A stretch of DNA of 64,000 nt, from positions 64,001 through 128,000 of the forward strand of contig CBDCOX010000002.1 in the NCBI GenBank assembly GCA_965219995.1, written 5' to 3'. Below are positions 1 through 9,772 of the stretch, piece by piece. The stretch is from Candidatus Latescibacterota bacterium. GTDB lineage: Bacteria > Latescibacterota > UBA2968 > GCA-2709665. How positions within the stretch are numbered: position 1 is the stretch's first letter; each line of letters begins with the position of its first letter. A program made the translations under genes and the position numbers. The notes below the pieces were generated by a model, which was not told the DNA's origin, made no database searches, and worked only from the letters and a program-made list of their open reading frames with translations.

Positions 1-407
1 TTCAGAAAGACCGCCACGAAATGCTCTTTCCTGCGATCCTTGATCTCCGCCAGCAGCCCCACCGCGTCCGCGGGCTTCGTGATGGAGGGCTCGATGCCCA
101 TGCCCTGGTTCAGCGCCCGTCGCGACAGTTCGAATCCGGCCACGAGGCCGGCCGCCTTCGCCCTGCCGATGCCCTTGATGCCCGTCAGTTCCGCCAGGCC
201 CATCGCCATGAGCGACTGGAGCGCATGCTGTTTCAGGATCTCACCGGCAACCTCCAGCACGTTCCTGCCTTCATAGCCCGTACGCAGAAGGACTGCCAGC
301 AGTTCCTCGTTCCTCAGCGCTTCGGCGCCAAGCCGTTCCAGTTTCTCACGCGGCAGGTCCACGTCCGCGACACCGTCGATACCTCTGCCTCGTGCCAGCG
401 TTTCCAT
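1..407 (-). CDS. radC: DNA repair protein RadC (JAB family), N-terminal part, runs off window edge
   Basis: Manual translation of the minus strand from ATG at 407: METLARGRGIDGVADVDLPREKLERLGAEALRNEELLAVLLRTG...KGIGRAKAAGLVAGFELSRR...KEHFVAVFLN. PREKL, ELLAVLLRTG and the GIG HhH motif are RadC hallmarks. Absent from the ORF track because it has no stop in the window. Confidence 0.9.
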   Translation of the reverse strand, partial: METLARGRGIDGVADVDLPREKLERLGAEALRNEELLAVLLRTGYEGRNVLEVAGEILKQHALQSLMAMGLAELTGIKGIGRAKAAGLVAGFELSRRALNQGMGIEPSITKPADAVGLLAEIKDRRKEHFVAVFL

Positions 408-478
408 ACGGTCGGATCCCCGGTTGAAGTGAAACAAATAAAAAAGTTACCAGCGGTCAGCAATTCGCGGGTGTGAGG

Positions 479-570
479 GTGGGGCAGACATTCCTGTCTG
501 CCGCCGTCAATGCCCTTCTGCCGAAATGCAGACAGAAGAACGGCATGGGCGACCGGCCGGTCGCCCCTAC
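479..570. repeat. Pair of REP-like palindromes
   Basis: GTGG-GGCAGACA-TTCC-TGTCTGCC at 479-502 and GGGCGACCGGCCGGTCGCCC-CTAC at 547-570 (a GTAG-type REP on the minus strand), facing each other in an intergenic region. Confidence 0.65.
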
Positions 571-723
571 GCTTAAAGCAAACTCCGTTCCTGGAGAACG
601 ACAAACGTCAGTTCCCGTCCAAATCGCGGCACCCCGCCATGTCGCAGCACCATTCTGCAGGCGCGGGCCGTTCATTCTGTTCAATGCTGTGGAATCGCAG
701 GGAAAGATTCGTCCATACGAGCA

Positions 724-1932
724 ATGAACGCGAGAATCGGGTATAAGAAAAAGAATTCCGAAAAACGCCGACCCTTTGGTTATATTTCGAACCGTGCATC
801 GTTCGACCTGAAACTTTCGCTTCAGGAGGCATTTGTGGACGCGAATCAAGCGGTGAGCCTGTTCGAGCAGAACTGGTTTCTGCGCAACGATGAGAGGCTG
901 GATCTCACCGGAACGGAACGGCAGTTCATCTCGGCGGCGATGGGACCGGCGCCGAAGCGATGGGACGGGGAGCCCGACGTCTGCCGGATGACGGAGTTGC
1001 TTGCCGCGGCGCCGGCGGTGCTCGACCGCATTGGCGCGCGGTTGCTGACGGTGCTGGTTGGCATGAGAGGATGCGGGCCGGCCGTTACATTCCTCCTCGA
1101 ACAGGGTGTCCCGCTGGAGATCGACAGGACGTCGTACAACGTGCTGCACGAAGCGGCCTGGGGAGGGATGGTCGATACGTTGCAGGCGGTCTTTCAATCG
1201 GGCGTTGCGGACGCGACGTGTGTCTCGGTAAAGAAGCCCCACGTCGGATGGCCCGATAACCTGTCGCTTATGTACTGGGCCGCCGCGGGCGGATACGCCG
1301 AATGCGCCGAACTCCTTATTCGATACGGCGCCGGCGTTCACCATGAATTGCAGATAAAGGGCAACGGCGAGCGTGGAACGACGTCCCTTCAGGAGGCCGT
1401 CGCGTCCGGACGTGAGGAGGGCTCAAAGCTGGAAGGCAGGCTTGCGGTTGCGCGAATCCTCATCGAAGACGGCGCATACTATGACGTGTATTCCGCGTGC
1501 GCCCTGGACGATACGTCCCGGCTGAAGGAACTCATCGACCGGAATCCGGGGGCCGCCACCGGCGCCGATGCGTACGCAATGACGCCGCTGCATTGGGCGG
1601 TCCGGGCCGGATCGATGGCTTGCACGAAGAACATGCTGGCGTGCGGCGCCGTCGTCGACGCCCGGAACAAGGCAGGTCGGACCCCGCTTCAACTGGCGGC
1701 CGAGGCAGACCGGGCGGAGATGATTCGACTGCTCGCAGAGCAAGGCGCCGACCTCAACACGCAGGACAGGAAAGGACGCACCCCGCTCCATCGTGCGATG
1801 TATGAAGGCCGCGTGCGCGCCGCCGAAGCGCTGCTCGAGTCCGGCGCCGACCCGACGGTGCTGAACAAGAATGGCAAGAACGCCTTCGAAGTCGCCAGGA
1901 AGGAAGCGAAGAGGTTCAGAGAGCGGGTGTGA
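724..1932 (+). CDS. Ankyrin repeat protein
   Basis: Repeated ankyrin motifs: TPLHWAVRAG, GRTPLQLAAEAD, GADLNTQDRKGRTPLHRA, GADPTVLNKNGKNAFEVA. Confidence 0.9.
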   Translation: MNARIGYKKKNSEKRRPFGYISNRASFDLKLSLQEAFVDANQAVSLFEQNWFLRNDERLDLTGTERQFISAAMGPAPKRWDGEPDVCRMTELLAAAPAVLDRIGARLLTVLVGMRGCGPAVTFLLEQGVPLEIDRTSYNVLHEAAWGGMVDTLQAVFQSGVADATCVSVKKPHVGWPDNLSLMYWAAAGGYAECAELLIRYGAGVHHELQIKGNGERGTTSLQEAVASGREEGSKLEGRLAVARILIEDGAYYDVYSACALDDTSRLKELIDRNPGAATGADAYAMTPLHWAVRAGSMACTKNMLACGAVVDARNKAGRTPLQLAAEADRAEMIRLLAEQGADLNTQDRKGRTPLHRAMYEGRVRAAEALLESGADPTVLNKNGKNAFEVARKEAKRFRERV

Positions 1933-2021
1933 GATCCGGGAAATGTCGCCGGGATTGCGCCGCGGGGGAACCGCGGTCGTAAATCGAACAGTATGGTGAA
2001 ATCGAAAGCTGCGTGAAATAG

Positions 2022-3041
2022 GTGTCTATGTCGCCTGAGACAACGGATAATTCGCTGATCCGGGTCGAAAACGTCACCAAGACCTTCAAGAGACAGAAGA
2101 GAAAGGAGGGTCTTCAGGGGGCAATACAGGGACTCTTCAGCAGGCAATATGAGACCGTTACGGCCGTGGACGATGTCACGTTCGAGATCGCAAGGGGGGA
2201 GGTGGTGGGTTACATCGGTCCCAATGGCGCCGGTAAATCCACAACGATCAAAATGCTGGTGGGCATCCTCGTACCAACCTCCGGGAACATCCGTGTCCGC
2301 GGGCTGGTGCCTCACGAGAACCGAATCGAAAACGCCGGCCGTATGGGTGTCGTGTTCGGCCAGAGAACCCAGCTCTGGTGGGATATCCCGGTTTCAGAGT
2401 CATTCCGGCTCATGAGATACATGTACAAAATTCCACCGGAACGATTTCGGAAGAACCTGGGGTTATTCTCTGAAATCCTTGGCCTGGAGGAGTTTATCAA
2501 TACGCCAGTCAGGCAGCTCAGCCTCGGGCAGCGAATGAGGTCGGACATCTGCGCGGCGCTCCTGCACGATCCTGCGATTGTCTATCTCGACGAACCAACC
2601 ATCGGTCTGGACGTTGTGGTCAAGGAGAACATCAGGGATTTCATCAAAGAGATAAACCGGGAGCGTGACACCACGGTCATCCTGACCACCCATGATATGT
2701 CCGACATTGAGAAGCTCTGTACGCGCGTGATGGTGATCGACAGCGGCAGCATCATGTACGACGGCAACCTGCAGCAACTGAAAGAGCGATTCGGAATGGA
2801 CGAGACGCTTGATGTAGAAACGGAAGCGCCAGTTTCCGACCCGGACGATCTATACCAACTCGGGGTCTCGGAATTTCAACAGGACGGTAGCAAGTTATCC
2901 ATAAAATACAATAAGGCGACAGTCAACTCCACAACCGTAATCGGCTGGGTCATGGAACGACGTCGCGTGAGGGACTTTGTCGTCAGAGAGACTGAGATTG
3001 ATGAAGTCATCAGAAGGATGTACCTGGCCAGATCCAGTTGA
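2022..3041 (+). CDS. ABC-2 type exporter ATP-binding subunit (DrrA-like)
   Basis: Walker A GPNGAGKSTT, signature LSLGQRMR, Walker B YLDEPT, H-loop TTHDM. Confidence 0.95.
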   Translation: MSMSPETTDNSLIRVENVTKTFKRQKRKEGLQGAIQGLFSRQYETVTAVDDVTFEIARGEVVGYIGPNGAGKSTTIKMLVGILVPTSGNIRVRGLVPHENRIENAGRMGVVFGQRTQLWWDIPVSESFRLMRYMYKIPPERFRKNLGLFSEILGLEEFINTPVRQLSLGQRMRSDICAALLHDPAIVYLDEPTIGLDVVVKENIRDFIKEINRERDTTVILTTHDMSDIEKLCTRVMVIDSGSIMYDGNLQQLKERFGMDETLDVETEAPVSDPDDLYQLGVSEFQQDGSKLSIKYNKATVNSTTVIGWVMERRRVRDFVVRETEIDEVIRRMYLARSS

Positions 3042-3064
3042 ACCGGCTCACAGGCGGCCATGAT

Positions 3065-3865
3065 ATGAAAGTCTACATTGAATTTCTAAAGAACGCTTTC
3101 CAGTCCAATCTTGCCTACAAGATGAATGTATTCCTGAGCCTGGTCAGTTCTATCGTCGTTCTTCTGGTACAGATCTATTTCTGGCGCGCGCTGTTTCAGG
3201 ATATCGGTCAGACACAGACGAACATGGGGGTCATCAGCTTTCGGGACATGGTCACGTACACGCTTGTCAGCACCGGAATCTCCATCGCCATCAGCACGAC
3301 GACTGTGTTCAAAGTCAATGACAGAATCAGGACTGGAGAAATCGCAATGGACCTCATCAAGCCGGTGAGTCTGAAAGGCATGTTGTTTTGCGATGCGCTC
3401 GGAAACAACGGCTTCAGGATGGTTTTCCAGTTGACGCCGTTTCTGATCGTTGGCATCCTGATGTTCGGCATTCGCATACCCTCCGTACCGTATCTTGTCC
3501 TGTTCGTGATATCCGCGATCAACGGTATGATGATTTATTTTTCGATCAGCTATTTGATTGGACTGATCGGATTTTGGTTTCTTGCCGTGGCATCATTGAG
3601 CATGCTGTTCAATGTTCTGATCAACGTATTCTCGGGGGAAATGGTACCGTTGTGGTTCTTCCCTGAATTCCTGTACGAACTTTCCGTCTTCCTCCCGTTC
3701 CGTCTCATCTATTTTGCACCGCTGGCGATATTTCTGGAGAAAACAGTCCTTGCCGACGCGATCGGCATTGTCCTGCAGCAATTCCTTTGGATCGGAATTC
3801 TGGCGGGAATTGAAAGAATATTGTGGATGAGAGCAGTGAGAAAGCTGGTCATACAGGGCGGTTGA
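3065..3865 (+). CDS. ABC-2 family permease
   Basis: Hydrophobic; IRTGEIAMDLIKPV and FSGEMVPLWFFP motifs; follows the ATPase. Start taken at MKVY. Confidence 0.88.
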   Translation: MKVYIEFLKNAFQSNLAYKMNVFLSLVSSIVVLLVQIYFWRALFQDIGQTQTNMGVISFRDMVTYTLVSTGISIAISTTTVFKVNDRIRTGEIAMDLIKPVSLKGMLFCDALGNNGFRMVFQLTPFLIVGILMFGIRIPSVPYLVLFVISAINGMMIYFSISYLIGLIGFWFLAVASLSMLFNVLINVFSGEMVPLWFFPEFLYELSVFLPFRLIYFAPLAIFLEKTVLADAIGIVLQQFLWIGILAGIERILWMRAVRKLVIQGG

Positions 3866-3866
3866 G

Positions 3867-4688
3867 ATGGACAACTTAAGATTGTACGGACGATTCCTGG
3901 TCGTCTACCTGAAGACCCTGATCGAATACAGATTTAACTTTTTTGCCTCACAGATCATCACGATCGTTGTGTATCTGATCAGCTTCCTGGGCGTATGGAT
4001 TGTTCTGAATAAGTTCAAAATCATACACGGATGGAATTTCTATGAGATCATGCTGCTGTACAATCTCAATCTCTTTTCGTACGGCGCAAGCAGTCTGTTT
4101 TTCCGTGGACCCATGCGCCGTCTGGAGTATATGGTTCAGGAAGGTTCATTCGACAGTATTTTGATCTATCCGATGAACCCTTTCGCGAACTTGATCTGTC
4201 GCGATTTCAGTCATAGTTTCATGGCCCATATGGTCCTGGGCGTCGTATTTTTTTATATCTGTTTCGAAAACCTGAGCATTGTGTGGACGTGGATGAACGT
4301 GGTCTGGTTCGGGCTGGTGCTGATTGGCGCTACGTTGATCCAGGCGGCGATCATGGTACTGACAGGGACGATGAGCTTCTGGTTTGTGAGGTCGGCGGCA
4401 GTTGTCGATACGGCGATTTACGGTTTGAGGAGGTTTGTCAACTATCCTCTCGGCATGTACGACAAATGGGTGCAGGTACTCCTGACTTTCGTCATCCCCT
4501 ACGGCTTTGTTGCCTATTTCCCTGCTGAGCATTTCTTGAACAAATCGGACGCTCCATTGTTCCATGGGATCACGCTGTTCGATCCGTTGTTCCAGTACGG
4601 GACCCCCCTGATCGGCATTGCGAGCTTCTTCCTGGCGTACAGACTCTGGTGTGTCGGCATCAACAGATACGAGAGTACAGGGTCGTAG
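3867..4688 (+). CDS. ABC-2 family permease
   Basis: GSFDSILIYPMNP, YPLGMY, FVIPYGFVAYFPA and C-terminal RYESTGS, typical of the second DrrB-like permease. Confidence 0.88.
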   Translation: MDNLRLYGRFLVVYLKTLIEYRFNFFASQIITIVVYLISFLGVWIVLNKFKIIHGWNFYEIMLLYNLNLFSYGASSLFFRGPMRRLEYMVQEGSFDSILIYPMNPFANLICRDFSHSFMAHMVLGVVFFYICFENLSIVWTWMNVVWFGLVLIGATLIQAAIMVLTGTMSFWFVRSAAVVDTAIYGLRRFVNYPLGMYDKWVQVLLTFVIPYGFVAYFPAEHFLNKSDAPLFHGITLFDPLFQYGTPLIGIASFFLAYRLWCVGINRYESTGS

Positions 4689-4709
4689 TTTCCTGCGGGC
4701 TGTGAAAAT

Positions 4710-5765
4710 ATGCTGCGTACTTCCAAATACGTTCTGCGCTTCCTCGCGGCCATTCTGGCCGTCGTCGCAGTTCTATGGTTTGTGGAAATCGACCAGGTGG
4801 CAAAGGGCACAGGAAGAATCGTACCCGAGAGAGAAACCTGGATCAGCGGGCTCGTCGAAGCGCAGATCGCAAAGGTCTATGTGGAGGAGGGTCAACTGGT
4901 GGCGGCAGGAGATTCCCTGATTGCGTTCAAGAGCGACATTGCTGAATCGCGGCTCACCGTTGCAAGACGAGCCTACGAGCGTTCCGTGGCCGAGCGGGAG
5001 GCCGCGAGGGCCACGCTCCAGGCCGTTGAGGCGTCGCCTCCCGAACAGGAACTGAAAGGTCTCAGTAGTGAATTGGAAGCAATGAAGGAGAAATCTCGAT
5101 TGGCGAACTGGCAGTTGAAGATGGCACACCGATTATTCGATCACGGCGGGCTTGTCAGCGCTGACGATCTGGAGAAAGCCAGGTCAGATTCGATCCTCGC
5201 CACGATGCATATCGAGAAATCGTTGTCAGCGTTGGAGCTGTTGAAGTCAGGGCCGATAACTCCCCTGCGCAAGAAGGCGTTCTTTACGTTCAAGGCGAGG
5301 GATGCGGAAGTAGCCGAAGCTGAAGCCGCATACAACATGGTTCGCCGGGAAATGGGGCGCTATACACTGCGGGCGCCCGGACCGGGACGGATCCTGATGG
5401 TCCTGCGCAAGGCGGGCGGGGTTCCCTCCGTGGGCGATACGCTGATGTTGATCGGATCGGAGGATCCTGTGTTGGCCGAGTGCCACGTTCCGGCGGAGTT
5501 CGCTCCGTGGATCAGGCGAGGACAGGAAGTCAATCTCTGGCCGCAGTGGGAAAGTTCATTTGAATTCTCGGGGCAGGTACAGTCGGTGCGGCGCTATGTG
5601 CAGCGAAAGGGATATCCCTCCGTACGCGTCCTTGTGAGGATCGATTCGGCGCCCCCCCTTGTTCCCGGGAACCGACTCGTGGCCGAAGTAAAGCTGCGCC
5701 GCGCCAGTGTTCTTGAGTTGATTCTGTTTCCATTTGACTGGTCAATCGCCGGCGGATCGGAGTGA
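4710..5765 (+). CDS. HlyD-family membrane fusion/secretion adaptor protein
   Basis: N-terminal TM helix, lipoyl-like VYVEEGQLVAAGDSL motif, long coiled coil, LRAPGPGRI. Confidence 0.8.
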   Translation: MLRTSKYVLRFLAAILAVVAVLWFVEIDQVAKGTGRIVPERETWISGLVEAQIAKVYVEEGQLVAAGDSLIAFKSDIAESRLTVARRAYERSVAEREAARATLQAVEASPPEQELKGLSSELEAMKEKSRLANWQLKMAHRLFDHGGLVSADDLEKARSDSILATMHIEKSLSALELLKSGPITPLRKKAFFTFKARDAEVAEAEAAYNMVRREMGRYTLRAPGPGRILMVLRKAGGVPSVGDTLMLIGSEDPVLAECHVPAEFAPWIRRGQEVNLWPQWESSFEFSGQVQSVRRYVQRKGYPSVRVLVRIDSAPPLVPGNRLVAEVKLRRASVLELILFPFDWSIAGGSE

Positions 5766-5769
5766 CTCG

Positions 5770-7008
5770 CTAATCGCTGAAGACCTCGCTGGCGCCGGAC
5801 AGGAGGTTTTGGAGACGGTCGCCGGCCTTCATCACGCCTCGGATCCGCCGCAGGCAGGCCACGTCCTCCAGGGGGTTCCCGTCCACCGCGATGACGTCTG
5901 CCAGAAAACCCGGAGCGAGGCGCCCCAGCCGATCCGCCATTCCCAGCATATCGGCCGTATTCGTAGTCACGGCCCTGATCGCGTCGACGGTTGAGACGCC
6001 GAGGTCCGCCATCGCCCGGGCCTCTCGCCACAACGTCGCGTGCGTACTGTCGGTTCCGAGGCAGACTTTCACCCCGGCCAGAACGGCTTCCGGGAGATGG
6101 CGCGCCGTGCGTTCCCTGGCGCGTTCCACGCGCCGCCGCCACCAGTCCATGCCCCAGGTCTCGAAGGACTCGAATCCAACCTCCCGGTCGAAGAAAAGCT
6201 GGAGATTGGGGTCGCTCAGGTACGCGCCGGACTTGACGAACAGGTTTACGTCTTCGGCCTCGAGCAGATTGGCGTGTTCGATACTGTCGATCCCCGCATC
6301 CATGGCCCATCGCATCGCCGGGCCGCCGATCGCGTGCGCGGCCACAGGAACGCCCAGGTCGTGCGAGACGCCGATGGCCGCCTCGATCTCTTCCCGCGAA
6401 TAGGCCGCCACGTCGGTAAGGTCGCCCCGCAGATAGTCCTCGAACGTATCGCCGACTCTCACGTTGGTGATGAATAGTTTCGTCCAGTCCGCCCCTTCCG
6501 ACACGTTTTCACGGATCCGCGCCGCGAGTTCCGCTTCGCCGTCGGCCGGATGGGAAAGAAAGGGCGCCGTGCCGTTCGCCGGTCGCAGCGCCCGTACGCA
6601 GACCTTCAGCCGGGGTCCCGCGGCCTCTTTTCGTCGGATGGCCTCCCGGAACGGCTTTTCGACGCCCGCGCGGTCTCCGAGCGTCCGCATGGTGGTCACG
6701 CCTGCGGCCAGGTCGCTTCTGAGATTCATCGCTCCACGAAGGACCGCGGTTGCGGGATCCAGCTCGAAATGAACGTTCAGCGGAACGCGGAAGCGGTTGT
6801 TGGCCGTAATGTGGGCGTGGGCGTCGATCAGGGCCGGCATCACCGTCCAGGAGGACCAGTCCAGCGTCTCCCACGTTGGATCCACGTTCAGGGTCGCCGG
6901 CGCGCCCGCGTCCAGAACGCGGGCGCCATTGAGGATCACGACCCCGCCCGGAATCGCCGGCACGTCCGGGTCTGCGACGAGAAGCTTCGACTTGATCAGG
7001 GTCGGCAT
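5770..7008 (-). CDS. Metal-dependent amidohydrolase (Xaa-Pro dipeptidase-like)
   Basis: MPALIDAHAH, GVTTMR, AAHAIG, SIEH, LGTD and GRLAPGFLADVIAVDGNPL motifs. Start taken at MPTLIK. Confidence 0.9.
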   Translation of the reverse strand: MPTLIKSKLLVADPDVPAIPGGVVILNGARVLDAGAPATLNVDPTWETLDWSSWTVMPALIDAHAHITANNRFRVPLNVHFELDPATAVLRGAMNLRSDLAAGVTTMRTLGDRAGVEKPFREAIRRKEAAGPRLKVCVRALRPANGTAPFLSHPADGEAELAARIRENVSEGADWTKLFITNVRVGDTFEDYLRGDLTDVAAYSREEIEAAIGVSHDLGVPVAAHAIGGPAMRWAMDAGIDSIEHANLLEAEDVNLFVKSGAYLSDPNLQLFFDREVGFESFETWGMDWWRRRVERARERTARHLPEAVLAGVKVCLGTDSTHATLWREARAMADLGVSTVDAIRAVTTNTADMLGMADRLGRLAPGFLADVIAVDGNPLEDVACLRRIRGVMKAGDRLQNLLSGASEVFSD

Positions 7009-7040
7009 AGGCGGTCGGGTGCGCTCTTCGGATGCCGGGG

Positions 7041-7979
7041 TCAGACTCGGACAAGCTTGCGGAAACTGCGCATTTCTCTTGGCGGGACCATTTGCGAACC
7101 GAATGCGCTCCAGGACACTTCGCCGACGTAGATATCGCCTCGCGAGTCCACGGCAACCCCGTGCGGCGCCGTAAACTGGCCGGGACCCTCGCCTGCCCGC
7201 GGGTCTCCCAGCCGGGCGAGACGCCTGCCCGTCAGGTCGTGAACGCTCACGCACGAACCCACGTTCGGATAGGTTGCGTTGACCTCAAGCTGGGTCGGCA
7301 GTTGTCCGATATAGACGAGGTCGTTGTCGATATGCAGCCCGCACGGTCGGTGAAGGTTGTTCCACTGCGTGAGAAAATCGCCCTGCGGATCGAACACCTG
7401 TACCCGGTGGTTTTCCCGGTCGGCAATATAGACCGATCCGCGGCTGTCGGTGCAGACGCTGTGGACCAGGTTGAACTGCCCGGGATCGGTTCCGTAGTCT
7501 CCCCAGGAGAAGAGATGTTCGCCCGCCGGCGAGTACTTGTGCACCCGCGCGTTGCCGTAGCCGTCCGAGATGTAGAGGTCTCCCGTGGACGGGTCGAAGG
7601 CCACCTTCGTGGGCTGATTGAACGGCGCTCCGCTCTGGTCCGGGGCGCTCCGGCCGGGGGTCCCGATGACCATCAGGACCTCGCCTTCGAGCGTGCATTT
7701 GCGTACACAGTGGCCCTGGTCGTCCACGCAATAGAGCATCCCGTCGGGACCCAGGGTGAGGCCATGGGGGCGTACGAACAGGCCCTCGCCCCAGGAACCC
7801 AGGAATCGTCCGTCCCGCTCGAACACGATGACCGGATGTTCGCCACGGTTGAACACGTACACCCGGTCGTCCGAATCCACCGCCATGTCCACGACCTCTT
7901 TGAACCGCCAGCCGTCTGGCAGACGCGCCCAATCGGTTTGTTCTTCAAACTGATATTCACCGCTGCCGAGAAGAGCCAT
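7041..7979 (-). CDS. NHL-repeat beta-propeller protein (peptidyl-alpha-hydroxyglycine lyase-like)
   Basis: Repeats FNQPTKVAF, YISDGYGNARVHKY, PGQFNLVH, YIADRENHRVQVFD, PGQFTAPHGVAVDSRGDIYV. Start at MALLGSG with GGAG RBS. Confidence 0.9.
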   Translation of the reverse strand: MALLGSGEYQFEEQTDWARLPDGWRFKEVVDMAVDSDDRVYVFNRGEHPVIVFERDGRFLGSWGEGLFVRPHGLTLGPDGMLYCVDDQGHCVRKCTLEGEVLMVIGTPGRSAPDQSGAPFNQPTKVAFDPSTGDLYISDGYGNARVHKYSPAGEHLFSWGDYGTDPGQFNLVHSVCTDSRGSVYIADRENHRVQVFDPQGDFLTQWNNLHRPCGLHIDNDLVYIGQLPTQLEVNATYPNVGSCVSVHDLTGRRLARLGDPRAGEGPGQFTAPHGVAVDSRGDIYVGEVSWSAFGSQMVPPREMRSFRKLVRV

Positions 7980-8285
7980 AAAGTGCTCCTGTTTGTCCGG
8001 GTTAATGGATGACCCGACCGATCCGGTCGGGCGAATCCGGGGATCGCAAGGTACTGCGACGTTGCTCGGATTTCTCAGACGATCCGACCGGTGTCCAGTA
8101 TACGCCTCCGCGTTCGGGCGTGTCAACAGGAACGCACGCCGGCGCTGTTCGTCGGGTCGCCTGCGCCGTTGGTCTACAACGCACAATTTGCTTGTCTGCA
8201 ACCATACACCGCGCTATCTTTTCCCGCAGGAAGAACGAGCAATGCGTGGGTTGAGCAGACCGACACACATCCGGAGTCCGAAACC

Positions 8286-8591
8286 ATGCACATTTCTCCC
8301 GTTCACGTGGCCTTCCGGGGTTTTCATCTCGATCTCGCGGATGCCAGAATCCTGGACTGCATCCATCAGGGGCTGAGCGCGGGAAAGGTGAAGCGTCCCG
8401 CGTTCACGCGCTGGCCCGGGAGCGAACCGATCTCCGTCCAGATCGGCGAGTCGCACATGGTGAACTGGAGGCGCCAGTTCGAAGACGGCGTGTGCGTGGA
8501 CATCCCCGATGAAACGGCGCGAGCGCTGGACGATATCCTGGGCGTACCGGACATTCCTCCCCGCAGCCCTGCCCCTCCGGGGGAGACGTAA
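8286..8591 (+). CDS. Hypothetical protein (101 aa)
   Basis: ATG preceded by GGAG, coding-like codon usage, fills the gap between genes; no recognisable family. Confidence 0.55.
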   Translation: MHISPVHVAFRGFHLDLADARILDCIHQGLSAGKVKRPAFTRWPGSEPISVQIGESHMVNWRRQFEDGVCVDIPDETARALDDILGVPDIPPRSPAPPGET

Positions 8592-8750
8592 GACGGGAGT
8601 CGGGAGAGATTGTTCGCCCCGTGGGATTTCATTTTATGCCGTAGGCATTAGGGAAATTCCAATCGGGCAAGGATGTCATCTACCGTCTAACGTCTACCCT
8701 CTTACCGCTTTCAGGTCTTTCATCTACCCTCTCCCGTCTCCCCGTCTGTC
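8582..8750. repeat. Single copy of the GAGACG/CGTCTC MITE-like 100-bp family
   Basis: Core GCCGTAGGC...CCAATCGGGCAAGGATGTCATCTACCGTCT shared with copies at ~33.0, 39.4 and 43.3 kb; GAGACG arms upstream and CGTCTC arms downstream. Confidence 0.8.
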
Positions 8751-8822
8751 GAAAGGCGAAGGGAACAGGTGAGGTTTGAGGGGTGGGGAGATTCCCCCTC
8801 CAATCTGCAAAAGGAGCCTGAA

Positions 8823-9632
8823 ATGGACGATGAAGAGAGATATTTCTTCGATCTCAACGGCTATCTCGTGGTTGAGAACGCGCTCTCCTCCGAGGAAGTT
8901 GCCGCTTGCAACGAGGCCATAGACCGGAACGCCCACCGCATTCGCGAACGATCCGGCGAACAGTCCCTGTCCGGAAAATCCAGATCGCTGAAGGGTCTGC
9001 AGGGCCGCGGCGATCTCGGCGGGATGCTCACGTGGCCGAAGCCCTGGTGCCAGCCGTTCAGGGATCTTCTTGCCCATCCCTCGATCGTGCCGTACCTCAA
9101 CGAGGTGTTGCGCGAGGGCTTCCGCCTGGACCACGTCTACGGTATCATTATGCGCAAGGGCACGGAAGGACACGTGCTGCACGGCGGCGGCACCACGGAC
9201 GACCTGACCCATTTCTACCAGTTTCACAATGGCAGAATGCGCTGCGGCCTGACCGTTGTCGCATGGATGTTTACAGACTGCGGACCCGGGGACGGCGGCT
9301 TTTCATGTATTCCGGGGAGCCACAAATCGAATTATCCCACGCCCCGGGGCGTGGCCCTGCTGGACAGAGACATCGGCGTGGTGCGGCAGGTGGAAGCGAA
9401 AGCGGGTTCGGCCGTGATCTTCACCGAAGCCCTGACACACGGGACGATGCCGTGGACGGCCGACCACCAGCGGCGTTCCATCCTCTACAAATACTCGCCG
9501 GGCCCGCTGACGTATGCAAGCGTCTACGTGCCCGAGGGCGTGGATGAAGTGCTGGACGAGTTCACGCCCCGGCAGCGTGCCGTGCTGGAGCCGCCGTACC
9601 GCCCGGCCCGCCCGACCGTGTCCGCCGGCTGA
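8823..9632 (+). CDS. Phytanoyl-CoA dioxygenase (PhyH) family Fe(II)/2OG oxygenase
   Basis: FDLNGYLVVENAL, LHGG, IPGSHK, GSAVIFTEALTHGT and RRSILYKY motifs; AAGGAG RBS. Confidence 0.88.
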   Translation: MDDEERYFFDLNGYLVVENALSSEEVAACNEAIDRNAHRIRERSGEQSLSGKSRSLKGLQGRGDLGGMLTWPKPWCQPFRDLLAHPSIVPYLNEVLREGFRLDHVYGIIMRKGTEGHVLHGGGTTDDLTHFYQFHNGRMRCGLTVVAWMFTDCGPGDGGFSCIPGSHKSNYPTPRGVALLDRDIGVVRQVEAKAGSAVIFTEALTHGTMPWTADHQRRSILYKYSPGPLTYASVYVPEGVDEVLDEFTPRQRAVLEPPYRPARPTVSAG

Positions 9633-9706
9633 ACGTCGTCATTCCCGCCTCCCCGGCGCCGGTCGACGGGTTGACATTCGTGCAGTTCCGCATTGACCCA
9701 ATGCAG

Positions 9707-9737
9707 AAGCCCCGGTTGGATTCAACCGGGGCTTTCG
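9707..9737. terminator. Likely bidirectional terminator hairpin between convergent genes
   Basis: AAGCCCCGGTTG-GATT-CAACCGGGGCTT, a perfect 12-bp stem. Confidence 0.65.
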
Positions 9738-9772
9738 TACGTTCGGGATCTGCAACGGCGCCGGAACCGCCG

